Assembly (NCBI GenBank): GCA_013265495.1
Contig: MU057887.1
Span: 2,079,576 to 2,143,575 of the forward strand
Reading direction: 5' to 3'
Origin: Vicugna vicugna
Lineage: Eukaryota
DNA length: 64,000 bases
The notes under the pieces are model-generated. The model was not told the DNA's origin. It saw nothing but the letters and a program-made list of their open reading frames with translations, and searched no databases. Both the position numbers and the translations under genes were made by a program. Below are positions 12,126-24,760 of the stretch, piece after piece; the stretch's first letter is position 1; each line of letters begins with the position of its first letter.

Positions 12126-13559
12126 GTGCGTGTGGTGCCCTGAGTGCAGCCCTTGCCCGAGCTGGACATGCAGGCCCCACCTGCCCCTTGTGCGCAGAGT
12201 TGGCAGCTGTCTTGCAAAGCCCACTCCCCCTGCTTCCTGAGTGACCGGATGACCACAGGCTCCTGACTGCCCATCTGGACATTTCCCAGCACCCTTTGCA
12301 GGAGTGGTCATGTGATGAATTTTCCCGAAGGACCCTGAGTGAAAGTGATGGGTGAGTCTGGGCCACGGCTGGTGGCTCTCTCCCCGACTCCCCTCACTGG
12401 GGCCACCACGACCAGAGGGTGGCAGGGTCCCCCATGCGGGGGTTGCCTCAGCCCCTGAATCCCTGGGGCTCAGAGCAGCTCCCTTGGGGGCAGAGGGTGA
12501 CAGGGCACCAGACTTCCTGTCTTTAAGGCACTGGCTTGGCTGTCCTTGCGCATGGCTGGCCTTCCCCCACGGACTGACTTGACGCATTTACGGCCATTTT
12601 CTGCTTGTTTTCATAGAGTAATGTATACGCATTGCACGCATTTTAGCCAGTGCGGGAGCTTCTGGAGGAAGAATTTATTCCGAACCCTGTTGTCCCACAG
12701 CCGTGGTTACACTTAGCGGGGCTTCCTTCCAGCCCTTTGCACAGAAACAGTTTTAAAACAAGAGTGGGATTGTCCCTTATATACCATTGTAACCTATTTC
12801 TTTTTTTTTTTTTGCCTCTTTTTTGGGGGTGGGAAATAGCTTTATTTTCCCCCTAATTCTCCAAGTATTTTATGCTTACCACAAAAAGACAGAAAAGTCT
12901 ACAGAAGAAAGCAAAAGTGGACCATGACACCACTGACTCTGAGGGCAGGAGTCGGCTGCTGTGCGTCCTGCTGGACACTTCCTGAAACGTGAAAATCGCT
13001 GCTCAGATGAGATGGACAGATGGGGAGAGAGAGGGAGAGAGCGTGTTTCAAACAAACACGGGGCGCGCTCTGTCACTCAGTAAGCAGGTCTGAAAAGCCC
13101 CTCATGTTAGGAACACCCCTTGCAGGGTCGTTTTCAGTGTGTGCATAGTGTTGCCTCGTGGGAGGGAGTCGTAAAAAATAAATTCAACAAATCCTGTATT
13201 TAGATTATTCTAAAGTCATTACCAGAAGGGGCGCTCTGACAAGCGCACTTACACATTTATTTACCTGGGTGAAGTCCCTGCCCTGTACGCGGAAGGAGGT
13301 GCCCGTTTTCAGCTTTTCTGGCACCTTCCCCCTGGGGCTCTCGAGAGATCCTGTGCCGGGAAGCGGCCCCCGGCTCGGGCTGGCACGCGTGAGGCCACAC
13401 CTGCGCGAGCACTGGACAGAGGGTTCCTGCAGTCAGGCCGGCGCAACGCGCACGTGCCTTCTTATGTCACCCGTGATTGCTTGCCTTCTCGTGGGGCTGA
13501 GCTGGGTTTCCTGTATTGAGCCTGTGGCCCATTTTCCTTCTCTTGAAGGGCCCCCTGTT

Positions 13560-14090
13560 ACCCCTGATCTGTAAGGGCTCTTCGCATATTAAGAAAAACC
13601 ACTCTTGTCTCCCGGTTCCTCTGCCTTTTCAACTTGTCAGTGCTCTTTATTTTCCCTACGCAGTTTTTATCGTCACGTAGTCAAATTACTGATGTGCGAC
13701 TTCGCAGATTTTCCGGTGAAGTCAGGTGCAGAGTGGCTTTCCTCGCCCAGCGATTATGACGGGGTAATTGCTTCATAGATTAGAAAAGTAAATATTGCCT
13801 CACAGTTTAAGTGTTTAAAAATATTTCCGATCTTCCGTTCTTCTGGGATCTATTTTGGTGTACGTATAAAAGAGATCCGCCTCAGTATTTCCCCAAATGG
13901 CTAGCTAATTATACTAATTATATCGGTTGCAAGAAAGCCTTCCCTTTCCCCGTGGATTTGAAACGTCACCTTTATCATATTCTCCGCCCTCACCTTTTCT
14001 CTCTTTTGTTCTCCGTTTTTTCCTATCCCAATGCTAACACCGTACTCTTAACTATTGTAGCTTTGGAATAGACTTTGATACCTAAGCAGA
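13560..14090 (-). mobile_element. Ancient L1ME-like ORF2 fragment
   Basis: tattttggtgtacgtataaaagag, ccctttccccgtggatttgaaacgtcacctttatcatat and ttaactattgtagcttt. Confidence 0.65.
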
Positions 14091-14379
14091 CACAATTTGG
14101 TGATTAATGAATCCATTGAAATCGTAATTCCATGTCCACCTGGGCTCGGCCTTTCTCCCTAAAGGCTGTTATTCGTAGCAATAAAAGTCTGCCTTTCAGT
14201 CTCATTTCATTCCGCCTTCCCCCTTCCTCTCGCCTTCCCTGCTGCGCCCCCCCATCTGCCTCGCCGGGAAATCGTACCCACGCTGGGTTCTCCTCTCAGC
14301 CCTGACCCCTCCTCTCAACCGGGGAGAGACCCCGCCTGGATTTTCCCCCACAGCACCCAGCTCGCTTCCCTCGTTCACT

Positions 14380-14540
14380 GACACAAGGCGTCATTACTTA
14401 CGTACATGCCTGGCACGTCCTTAATACTCCCCCTCCCGAGTGACTGGACTTGAAGGCCACGAGGCAGGAACGCTATTCACCACAGTCCCCCCAGCGCCTA
14501 CGAAAGCAAGCGTTCACTTAGTGACTTGGAATGAGTGAGC
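14380..14540 (+). mobile_element. L2 3' end
   Basis: aggccacgaggcaggaac...tattcaccacagtcccccagcgcct...ggaatgagtgag. Confidence 0.55.
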
Positions 14541-15841
14541 GAACCCTGGCAGCCTCTGAGTGACGCCGACAGCCGTCCGTGGACTGGCTGTGCCTCCCTT
14601 TCCACGGCATTTCCCCACGTCGCCTCCTCCAAACCTCTTCCCCGAGGCGTCCTTCTGTCTCAGCCGCTCCCTCTGCTCGGGCCCCCCCCTTCCTGGCGGA
14701 CACTTACTCATCTTTCCAGGGCAAGACCAGTTGTAGCCTCTCCAGTGGAGCCTTCCGAGAAGCCGCAGGCAGAGTGAGGCGCCCCCACCTGCCTCCTCCG
14801 TCTGGCCCGCCCGACTCGACGGCGAGGCCCCAGGAGGACCCCCTCCCACTCAGGCGGCCTCTGGGCCTGCCTGAGCTGGCCGGACTGGCAAAGGCACAAA
14901 GTGAACTTCCCTCCAGCGAAACAAGGTGGAAAATCCATCCAATCAGTCAGATGCAAGCGGCCTTTCCGATTCAGAGTCGCCCATCCCGCGTCCTCTGTTT
15001 GTGTCTTTTCCTGGTGGTTGAGGCTCCAAAGTGTTTTACCCCTTGAGAAAAGCCACAGCTTGAATTTGCTCCTATTTGGGATCAATACATGACTTCGTTC
15101 TCTTGCCACAAATGTGTACCCCGAATCAAACAACCTGACTGGCATTTGATTTTCTGCTCCCTGTTTGTCTCAGCTGGGCTGTCACCCGACTGGCTCTGTC
15201 TGCGGCCGGGTGTGCTTTTTAGTATAAAGATTGCAAGCCGCTCCCGATGGCTGCCCGCCCTGTCGAATTCACCATCCACCTGCTGAGCCTGCCTGTCCAG
15301 GTTCCTTTCCAAACGCTCTCAGCGCACAGCCAGGATGCCTTAGTTCTCCTGGTCGGAAAAGCTTCACTTACACGTGGTGCGGAGGCGGGGAGCCCGGAGG
15401 AGGTGAGCGGGTGAGGGAGCCCCATGTCCTCTCCCGGCTCCATATCCCCGTCTGGTCCCCTGGGGCGGGGACGGAGGGACCGGCTCCCTGTAGAGAAGCA
15501 GGCTGGGCAGAGGCGGAGACAGGGTGACATCTTCTGCCTGCATCCTCCTCTCCAGGGTTCCCCACCTCAGTGGCACAGTTTCACCTGTCCTCCACCTGTG
15601 CACTCCTGTCCCCAGAGGCCTTCCCGTCGGCACACGCTTCCAAACCCTCCGGCGTCTGTCCACCTGGTCCAGGCTTATCCCCCAGAAGCAGCCCCTTCCA
15701 CTTCCAGCATCTCCAGCTCAGCCCAAGGCACCCTCACCGCCTCCTCGCTGAGCAGGGGGTCTGACGTTGGGTCCCTGCGTGCACTCTGAGCCTGGAAGCC
15801 ACGAGGACGCCTTCAAAGTGAGCTCCAGCCAAGCCGCCCTG

Positions 15842-16195
15842 CGCAATGGGCTGAATGTGTCCCTCTCATGCCCCTGTGTGTAACCTAACCCCCGGGGGGT
15901 GAAGTTAGGAGGTTGGCCTCTGGGGGTGATCCAGTCACGAGGGTGCAGCCCTCACGCACGGGGCTAGTGCCCTGATCAAAGAGGCCCCAGGGAGCTCCCT
16001 CGCCCCTGCCGCCCTGTGAGGACACAGGGCAGAGGTGGCTGTCTTTGAACCAGGGAGCAGACTCACCAGACATGGAACCTGCGGGCGCCTCGACCTTGGA
16101 CGTCCAGCCTCCACAACTGTGAGAAGCAACGTCTGCGGGTTATAAGCTGCCGAGTTGGCGGTATTTTGTTTCCGCAGCTGAAAAGGACAAAGACA
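15842..16195 (+). mobile_element. Full-length MLT1A-type solo LTR
   Basis: cgcaatgggctgaatgtgtccc...ccagcctccacaactgtgagaa...ggacaaagaca; flanks ccctg/ccctc resemble a TSD. Confidence 0.9.
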
Positions 16196-16479
16196 CCCTC
16201 CTAATTCAGATGCACCAGAGGCTCTTGGACGACAAATCCTCATCTCAGTGGGGCAGGTGGGGCTCAGAGGCCTGGCCCCACCCCTCCCCCCCACTGCAGG
16301 ACCCACCCCGCCCTCTGCTCCCAGCCCAGCCTCTGCTTGCCTGGCGAGGGTTATGGAGGGAGGGAGGGAGGAAGATGGAATAGGAAGTTGGCTGAGTTGA
16401 TCGAAACTTTGCTCAAAAGTAGAAAGTAACTCTGAAATTCGCAGAGCCGCTTCTCAGGGGAGAGGCTGTGGGGGACTGG

Positions 16480-16800
16480 GAGCCACCTGTTGCTGGTAGC
16501 GCCCTAAACTGGTACAATTTGCTCAGGAGACGATTTGGCAGCAAGTAACATAAGCTGTGAAAAACGTCCACGCCGTGTGAAAATGATCTAAACCGTGGAG
16601 ACATTCTTTCCTCCCCTGGGGATGAAAAGGATGTTTGGGGAGCATTATTACCGTGGCAGGGCAGCCCCTCTTCAGACGGGGGGCCAAGCTCGGCTGTCTA
16701 TAGAAGGGCGAGCGTCTAATTTCCTGGGGGAAAACGTCCCTCTCACCGTGCTCTTTGATGTTTATCAGCTTTTTAGCAATTTAAAACTTTAAAAATCTTT
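16480..16800 (+). mobile_element. Ancient L1ME-like fragment
   Basis: ctgttgctggtagcgccctaaactggtacaatttg...gatttggcag. Confidence 0.5.
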
Positions 16801-18389
16801 TTGTTCTCAGTGTCTCACACTTGCCGGACACTAAATAAACCACAGCACAGCATTGGCCTCTCCTATCCACTCACAATCTTCTCTCCACAAACAACTGAAG
16901 GAATGATGCCAACCAGATCTGGGACAGCTGCTCAAAGTCTCCCCAGGTCCTTCACCCCCCACCCGCCGGCCCCACCTGCCCCGGTGCAGCCCCGGACGTG
17001 CAGCTGACTTCAGACGGCTGGCCCAGGCTCACCTGCCTCCGGGTCTGCATCGGGTGCACGTGGGGTCTGTGACCCCCCAGCACGCCCTCAGCAGGACCGG
17101 CCCCGCCTCCTGGCCCGCCCCGGCCACGTGGCTGACCAGTGCCCGTCTGTCCGTCCCCGCGGTCCATCCACCCTGCGGGGCCCGCTGTGTTACTGGTGCT
17201 CTAACGGCATCACCTGCACCTCCAGTCCCGCTTCTTCACTCATGTTTGCATTTGCCGATTCCCTCCCCCGGCGCCCGACACGTGGATGACACTCGGTGTT
17301 TCATTTTGGTTGAGACAGTGCACGAAGAAGGGATGCAATCACAGACCCCCCCGCCCCAATCTGCCATGGCTGTCCCACGGGGGCCTCCCATTCATTCATT
17401 CATTCATCCAACTGAAGTTCATGAAACAGGGGTGCACACCCGCCGGAGCTGGGGGCTGGCGCCACGAGCGAACCTGCCCACCGGTGGGGAGCTTCAGAGA
17501 AGCACGCTGTTGATTTTGGAGAAGTTCCACCACCGGCGTCCTTCCTGGCTCCTCCCGGCTAATAAAGTGCCCGCCCGTAACGGTGCGGCTGGAGGAGCCG
17601 GGGCTCCCCCCGTGCGCTCCATTTTAATCGAGTTGTTCTTCCACTACGTGCTTTAATACTGTTAGAAGCAAATCAGAATTAATGAGATTACCTCCTTTGA
17701 AATGTTATATATAATTAACCTCAAATTAGGGACAGTATGCGTTTGAATTTGCCAATCAGTAACACCTTGTGATTGCTGAAATGCGCGGCGGCAAATGCGA
17801 GACGTTGACTCTAATCTGCCAGTTGGAAAACTCAAGGAAAAGAGCTTTGAAGACCCGCCGCTGGAGCCCTTACCGAGGCCAGGAAGGGGGTCCCTGGGCC
17901 ATCGTGCGCCCTCCTGACCACGGTGGCCGCAAGTCCTGCTTCTGCTGTACCTCCTAGAGGATTGCCTGGGGGTGCTGAGCGCCCGTGGTGGGGAGACTCC
18001 TGTCTTCAGGACAAGAAGAGGGTTCAGTCGCAGGAGAGAAGTGACCAGGGAAGGGCTCGCCATACTGGCCAGTGACCCAGAGTGCCCTTGGAGAGCACCC
18101 AGCCCTGACCAAGGTCTAGAAGCCCTGGCAACGCCTCTCCATCATCTCTTGCTCTCCTAGAACGTCCCCCCTTCCTGGCTGCGTAGGACGCAGGCTCACT
18201 GGGTTTCTGGCAACAACAGAGGTGAACACCTTCTAGGAAACTCCCCGCTGCCCCTTAAACCAGGAAGAAACATTTCACATTTAGCCTCAGTGGGTTGTAA
18301 AACCCCAGGATTTATGCTTCTTGTTGTAAGGGGGTAAAGCAACTTTCAAAAACCACACCAGCTGGTTACAATTCTTTTTTTTCAGTCCT

Positions 18390-18700
18390 TTGTATGAATA
18401 CACCACGTTATTTATCCATTCATTTGTTGATGAGCAATTGGGTTGTTCCCGCTTTGGGGTTATTATGAACAATGCTCCTGCGAACATTTGTGTCCAGGAT
18501 TTCGTACAGACATGTGTTTTCACTTCTCTTAGGTGTGCACCTGAGAGGGGGCATGCTGGGTCAGCTGGTCACTCTGTGTTCCGCCTTTTGAGGAAGAGCT
18601 GAAGGGCTTTCCAAAGACGTGGTACCAATTTACATCCCTGCCGTCAGTGTATGAGGGTTCCAACCTCCTACATTCTCAACTGGTTATAATTCTTGTTCGG
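18390..18700 (-). mobile_element. L1M ORF2 C-terminal fragment
   Basis: Minus-strand ORF MKTHVCTKSWTQMFAGALFIITPKREQPNCSSTNEWIN matches the L1 ORF2 C-terminus. Confidence 0.85.
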
Positions 18701-19324
18701 TTTCCTGTCCGTCAAGATGGAGAGATGGACGAATGGTCCACGCAGGACCCGGACGAGAACAAAGACAGCAGTGGTGACGCTTCCTCGTGTTTGACCGGGG
18801 ATGCGTCTCCCACCGGCTTTCCCAGGGCACAGGGTTCTGTTCTCCCAAGAGCTCTCGGAGGCACGTCGCGCTTGAGGAGGCAGAGGCTCAGAGATGTCGC
18901 GTTTTGCCCAAAGTTGCGCCATCACGCGGGTTACTCTGGGGGCCTCCTATGGTCTCGAGGAGCCTGAGGGGGTGCGTTCCCCAAACAGACCCCACTCTGG
19001 GGGTTCAGCCTCCCCTGCAGATGGCTTCTCCTTGTGGCTGGTCCCCAGCTAGGATATGCTTTGCCAGCTCCTTCTAGCCAATGTTGATCGGAAACGGTGG
19101 ACAGTGCAAATCCTGGGAGTCCCGAGGGCGGGAGGCCGCCACCCCTCCTCCCCTTGGCTCCTCCGGAAGGAGCTCTGGGCAGGGCGGTCTGTCTCCTCCG
19201 TGTCTCCCCACTGCTCTGACCCCCACTCCCAGGAGCCCACCTCTGCTTTCACGTTTGCTCAGCTGCACAGCCGGGCCGGCACCCCCCATCTTGGCCGAGC
19301 ATCCTTGTCCTGGAGTCTGGGTGC

Positions 19325-19715
19325 AGACAGCTGACTAGAGCTCCCCCCACGGTCACGCCTACGGGAAGCCTCGGAAGGCAGCCTTATTTGGAATGGGGTC
19401 TTTGCAGCTGGGTTTAAGGACTGGAGTGAGGTCATTAAGATCATTAGCGTGGGCCCTAGACCCAATGAGAGCGTCCTGATGAGAGACCGAGGCCACACGC
19501 AGGGGGAGGCAGAGACGGGAGGGCGGCCACAACCCAAGAGGCCCGGAGCCCCCAGGAGCAGGAGGAGGCAGGATGGCCCTGTGCTCGAGCCTCCGGAAGG
19601 AGCTGGGCTTCCAGACACCTTGGCCCCAGACTCCTGGCCTTCGGGACTGCGAGAGAACACGTGTCTGCTGTTTCCAGCTGCCCGGTTTGTGGGAATTTGC
19701 GGGGCTGTCACAGAG
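19325..19715 (+). mobile_element. MLT1B/C solo LTR
   Basis: ccttatttggaatggggtctttgcag, ggagcaggaggaggcaggatgg and ggactgcgagagaacacgtgtctgctgttt. Confidence 0.85.
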
Positions 19716-20989
19716 GGTAGCGCTTGCTGTGTGATTTCCCTGTATCACTGGCTTGACTCCGCCAGCTGCCAGCCCATCCCAGCATCTCCGGGAGCCGAGC
19801 CTGGGTGACCGACTGCCCCATCCCCACGGAAGTGCTCCCCCGCCCCTGCAGGTAGCGGCCCCTGGGCTCCTCCACCAGGTGCTCCCTCTGCTCTAGCCAC
19901 TGCTTAGCTCTTCACCCAGCCCGCCGGTCTACGCCGGCTGCCGGGGGGCCTCTGTCTCCGCGGCGGCTCGTCTCCAGAGCTCAGCTCAGTGCCTCACAGG
20001 CAGACACTCATCCCTGGATGGTTGGACGGGGCCGTGTGGCTTGTTGGGGAGAAGCAGATGGCTTTGTTCCTTAGGAACTCGCCATATGTCTATCAGAGCG
20101 TGTACATGTCCTGACTTCATGGATTTGGACGAGCCAGTCCGGTTCAGATTGGCAGCTGTTTGCCGAGCCCCGATTCTCCCAGGCGCAGCGCCAGGGGCTG
20201 GGGCTGTGGGCATGAGTCTTGGTCTCCGAGTCGAGGCTGGGGGAGGTACAGGGGCAGATGTGTGCAGCTGTAGCTTTTTCATTTCAGAATTACTTCGTGT
20301 TCATTGAGGAACGTTTTGAAATTATGGGTCAACAAAAATAAGAGATTTTACTCTTCAACCCAAGCTGAAAGCAATCATTTTGGGACCGAGATCCAGACGT
20401 GTTCACACGGGGGCTTGGTCACACAGCATTTTGCAACATGTCTTTTTATTCCCTTCACATCTTCCGATGACAGTTAGACCAGAACCACATCGTTCGTTCC
20501 CTGGCTGAGTCAGAATGTTCACCTGTCTGCTTCCGTTTTAATTTATTTAATCAGTCTCCCATTGTAGGAGATTGAAGCTTCTCCAGTTTTTGTTTTCAAA
20601 TACTATCATTATTTTGAAATGTAAATTGGTTTTAAATAGTAAAATCACTACCTGCCATGGAAAAAATACTCATAGTGCAGAAGGGCCGAAAAGAGTCACC
20701 CTTCCCCTCACCTCTGGTCTTGGGAAGCAACAGCTGCTAACGGTGCCTTCCCAGGACGCTTCCAGGCCCCACAGCATGTGTTTATATGTATGTATTTATG
20801 TATTACTTAATCTGCATAATTCAAGAGATTCAAGATTTATAGTGCACACCTCCATCTACCTATTCATCCATCTACCTTTTTGCAGAAAAAGAGTCGTTTT
20901 GCATATAAAAGTCACTTTGTTCATTTCACTGGATGTGCCTTACCCATTTTTTCCCACATCAGCACGTAAAGCTCTCCCTCGTTATTTTT

Positions 20990-22160
20990 TAAGCTCTGCA
21001 TGATGGAAAATTCAAGCGTATATAAAAGCACAAGGTGTGCCATGATGAACCCCCGAGTGCCCATCGCCCAGCTCCCACAGTTGCCACGGCCTGTCCCGCC
21101 CGCTCTCCACCCCGGCAGGACCCTTGTGAACCAGACTCCAGACGTCACCTCCTTCCTCTCCAAACGCCCGAGCACCTGTCCTTAGAGGATCCAGGGCCGC
21201 TCTGCACCGGAATCATCTGACAGCAACTCCTCAGGGTGATAAAACAACCGTTACTCAAATTTCCCTGTTTGGGTCGTTATTTTTATTTTCCTATTTCTTT
21301 GACTTATGGACCCAAATGGGCTCAGACACTGCATTTGTCACGGTGCCTCTTCACTTCCTGTCACCTCGGCGTTTCCCTCCCTCTTCCCCTTGCACTTGAT
21401 CTGCTGTTTGTCCTGGAGGTCTTCATGTATTTTGAGCTTTGCTGAACCCTTTCCCCTGGTGTGTTTACCGTGGTCGTGGGACGGATGCGCTCTCTCTGAG
21501 ACATCCGAGAGCAAGCTGTAGACTGATGCTCCTGCGCCCTCCTGGAGAACCCAGCACTTCCTCTCACACCTACGGCTGTGGGGGCAGCATGCCAGCCGTG
21601 GAAGAAGATGTCTGTCTTTCCTGCAGGTGTTGTTCAGATGTTGCCAAATGAACGACTGAGGTCTTGGCAGCAAAATGGAATCCCGTCTCTGGGCTGCATT
21701 CTGCGTTCCCTCTAACTGCAAACGTGCCTCCGTCCGCCGAAGTCTCCCGTGACACGGCATTTGGGGATTGTGAGTTTTGTGGAGTGTCTCTTGTTTTTTT
21801 AAATTTTCCTTCTGTTTCCTAAAGATTCAGGTTATGCAATCTGGGCAGAAACGTGCACAGACAACACCGTGTCCTTTTCTGCACACAGCACCAGGAGGCA
21901 TGGGGGTGGGCTGTCCCGCTGTGAGGTGCCGTCTCATCACCGGGTGGACTCGGGGCCAGCCAGCTTCCCCCACTGGAGAGTGACAACTGTCCCCTTTGTG
22001 ATTCGCAGGACCTCGTGCAGAGATGCTCTGAGTTCACGCAAACACCCTGTTACTCCGCAGCTGTTCACCCGTTAGGTTCATCATCCGTCTGCTGATGGCT
22101 GTTGCCTGAGTCAGTTATTACTACAGTGGTTACCAAATGGGGACTTTCTAATTACATCAA
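20990..22160 (-). mobile_element. Ancient L1MC4/5-like 3' fragments
   Basis: atggaaaattcaagcgtatataaaag...atgaacccccgagtgcccatcgcccagct and tgcctgagtcagttattactacagtggttaccaaatgg. Confidence 0.6.
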
Positions 22161-24534
22161 TCTATCTATGTATCTATCTATCTAATCGTCCCTCTGTTGA
22201 GACTAATAACTGTGTTTTAAATTTATTGCAATAATTTCTCTCTCGGTGGTTGACCGCCAGTTGGCACACAGTTACATTCTCTGTGTCATTTTGCTTTTGA
22301 CTTGGAGGGATGACCTTCCAGTTTTGGCTTGATGGGTTTCATAAGCATGGAGCGGACTCTGCCTTGTTCTTTGTCATGGCTGCGTGCTACTCCACGGCGC
22401 ACCCACCATGATGTTTTTCCAAACCAGCCCACAAAAGAGGGTGATTTCATTGCTTCCAATTTTATTTTCTGTTGTAAACAAAAGTGCAGTGATGATGCCC
22501 GTGCATTTAATGCAGGTAAGCATCGAACAAAACAAAATTGTTGTTAAAACATGAGAAGTGCTTCCTGAAGAAAGTGACAGTGAACAGAATACTGTAGGGT
22601 TGGGTTGACATTAGCCTAGTGAGTAAAGTGTAGGGGAACGGGAAGATCTGAAGGTATCGGGGCACTTCCGTGGTGGCGTTTTGGGGCGCCCCAGAGGACT
22701 GGGTTTGCTGGTGGCTAAAGGGGGTGGGGAGGGTGGGAGATGAGGCTGGAGGGCCAGCCGGGTGGGCTATGGCTCTGAGTTATTTCCACTTGGTGGTGGT
22801 GAGGGGGGCAGAGTGTGAAGGTTCCCGGTGGGAAGGGAGTGAGGCCTTTGTTAGCAGGACCCCTCTGGTGATGACTTGAAGAGGACTGGAGAGCCCAGCA
22901 CTGACTCCTACACCGAAGCCCCCCCCCCCACGGAGCAGCCTGGGGAGGTGCCGCCTACTGCCCGTGTCTGGAGGGGCCACGCTCTGTCCCGACGGGGCTG
23001 TAGGTCTGTCCCACCCCGGGGTAGGGGGTGGACAGGGCTCTCCGCTGACGCAGCCCCTGCAGCTGCAAAGCACGGATGAGGAGCCCACATCTTTGCCTCC
23101 TTGCCAGAGCTGGAGAGGGGCAGAAAGGTGGCGGCCCAGGCTGTGCTGGGACACGGCAGCCATGGGGGCTGTGACGGCAGGGAGCAGAAGGGGCCAGGTG
23201 ATGCCCACGGGGACACGAGCATCAGTGCTGCTGCCCAGGAACGTGGCCCCAGGTGGGGACAGGGGCCCTGGCGTTCCTCTGAGGCCCCGACTCCAGTGAG
23301 CAGACGTGGGGGCACTGGGCTGCGGCAGGCGGGAAATGCGCAGGGGGAGGGGGGACACCATGGGAGGGGCTTCCTCCTTGTCAGGGAGGACCGAGGAGGC
23401 AGATCCTGTTCCGTCTGGAGAGTCAGCCCTGCCTCCCGGAATCAGGCGCCCACCTGGGGTGCGTCTTCCCTGGGGGCTCAGTACACCTGGGACCCTGAAT
23501 GTTAGTTGTAATCTCCCTTCTCTGCAGGGGCCTCGGAAACCACCCCGCCCTGACTTTACCCCCCACCCCGTGTGTGTGACGTGTGACGGGGCTGAGGATG
23601 AGGAGGTAGGGGAAAGGGGTCCTCTGGGCTGAGGGCCCGCTGGGGCTGGAGGCAGCACATCAGTGAAGACCCGAGGTCGCAGGTTCTCAGCCACCTGCCT
23701 CGGGAGAATCCAGGTTAATGGACTAAGCGGGTGAGTGTTGAGGGTCAGGGACGGGGGTTAATGATCCAGGATAAGTCTGAAACATCAGTGTTAAAAATAA
23801 GTTGTTTCTAGACATGATATTGTGAATCGGCAGTTCTCCAACAAAGCAGGATGATCAAGAGACCTTACCAGGTGCGACCACCTGTAATTAGCCCATGGCA
23901 TTAAAATGGCTGCCTTTGGAGACCTCCCCGCTGCGCTACGTGCCTTAAGGTCACCCTTGTCAAACGTGCTCTGTGAGTTTCAGCTCCGCCTCTGATGAGC
24001 TTAAATACTGACTTAGTAGAGCCTGCCAGTCGCCAGTCACGTCTCTCCAGAAATTTGACTTGTTAAAGGTGCTGCTCCTCTCCTCCTCTGGGCGCCTTGA
24101 GAGGGGCCCGGGAGCAGCCGTCGCCCATCGTCTGCGGGCGGAGAGGGAGCCTGAAGGCAGAGCGAGGGCGGGACCGGCCGGCACCAAACCGCTCCGACTG
24201 CAGGTGCGTCTCGTGTTCCAGCGATGGTTTATTATGATTTAGGAGGCCGGAACTTGCCAGGCATACGGTCAATAGAAGCTATTTGCTGCTTTCATAAGCC
24301 ATTTTTCATCTCATTAATTTTTTGTATATGTTTCATTAATTTCAGGGTAATCCACATCCCGCTTTCCTGTGAAATACACCACAGCGGACTCGGAAGCCGT
24401 CTCCACGTAGCCGGGGCGGCTACGCCATCGGTGGCATTTGCTGCGACCCCTCCAGGAATTGCAGGCACAGGTGTGAAGTCTCCACGCTAGGATGGAGCCG
24501 CAGCCACCTCCCTCCCTCCCCCCTCCCTCCCTTG

Positions 24535-24760
24535 GATGCTTATTCATACGCACTCCCCGCCTTCCTACTGCACGCAGGCGTCTGTGGGAGGCACTGGGCG
24601 CACAGAGATGAATGGGACGCAGTCCCCACGCCAGGCGAGCTCATGGCCACAAAGGAGACAGACAAAGCAACCGCAGTTCCCCCTAAGTGCTCCAGCAGAG
24701 TGGGGCCCAAGTGTTTTGGGAGCCCAGTGGAGGAGGCTCTGAAGGAACTGGCTCAGTCGC
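24535..24760 (-). mobile_element. L2 3' fragment
   Basis: cctactgcacgcaggc...gggcgcacagagatgaatgggacgcagtccccac...ggagacagac. Confidence 0.6.

Noticed and set aside
22780..23694. 304-aa minus-strand ORF
   Set aside because: Low-complexity, GC-driven composition and no recognisable homology.
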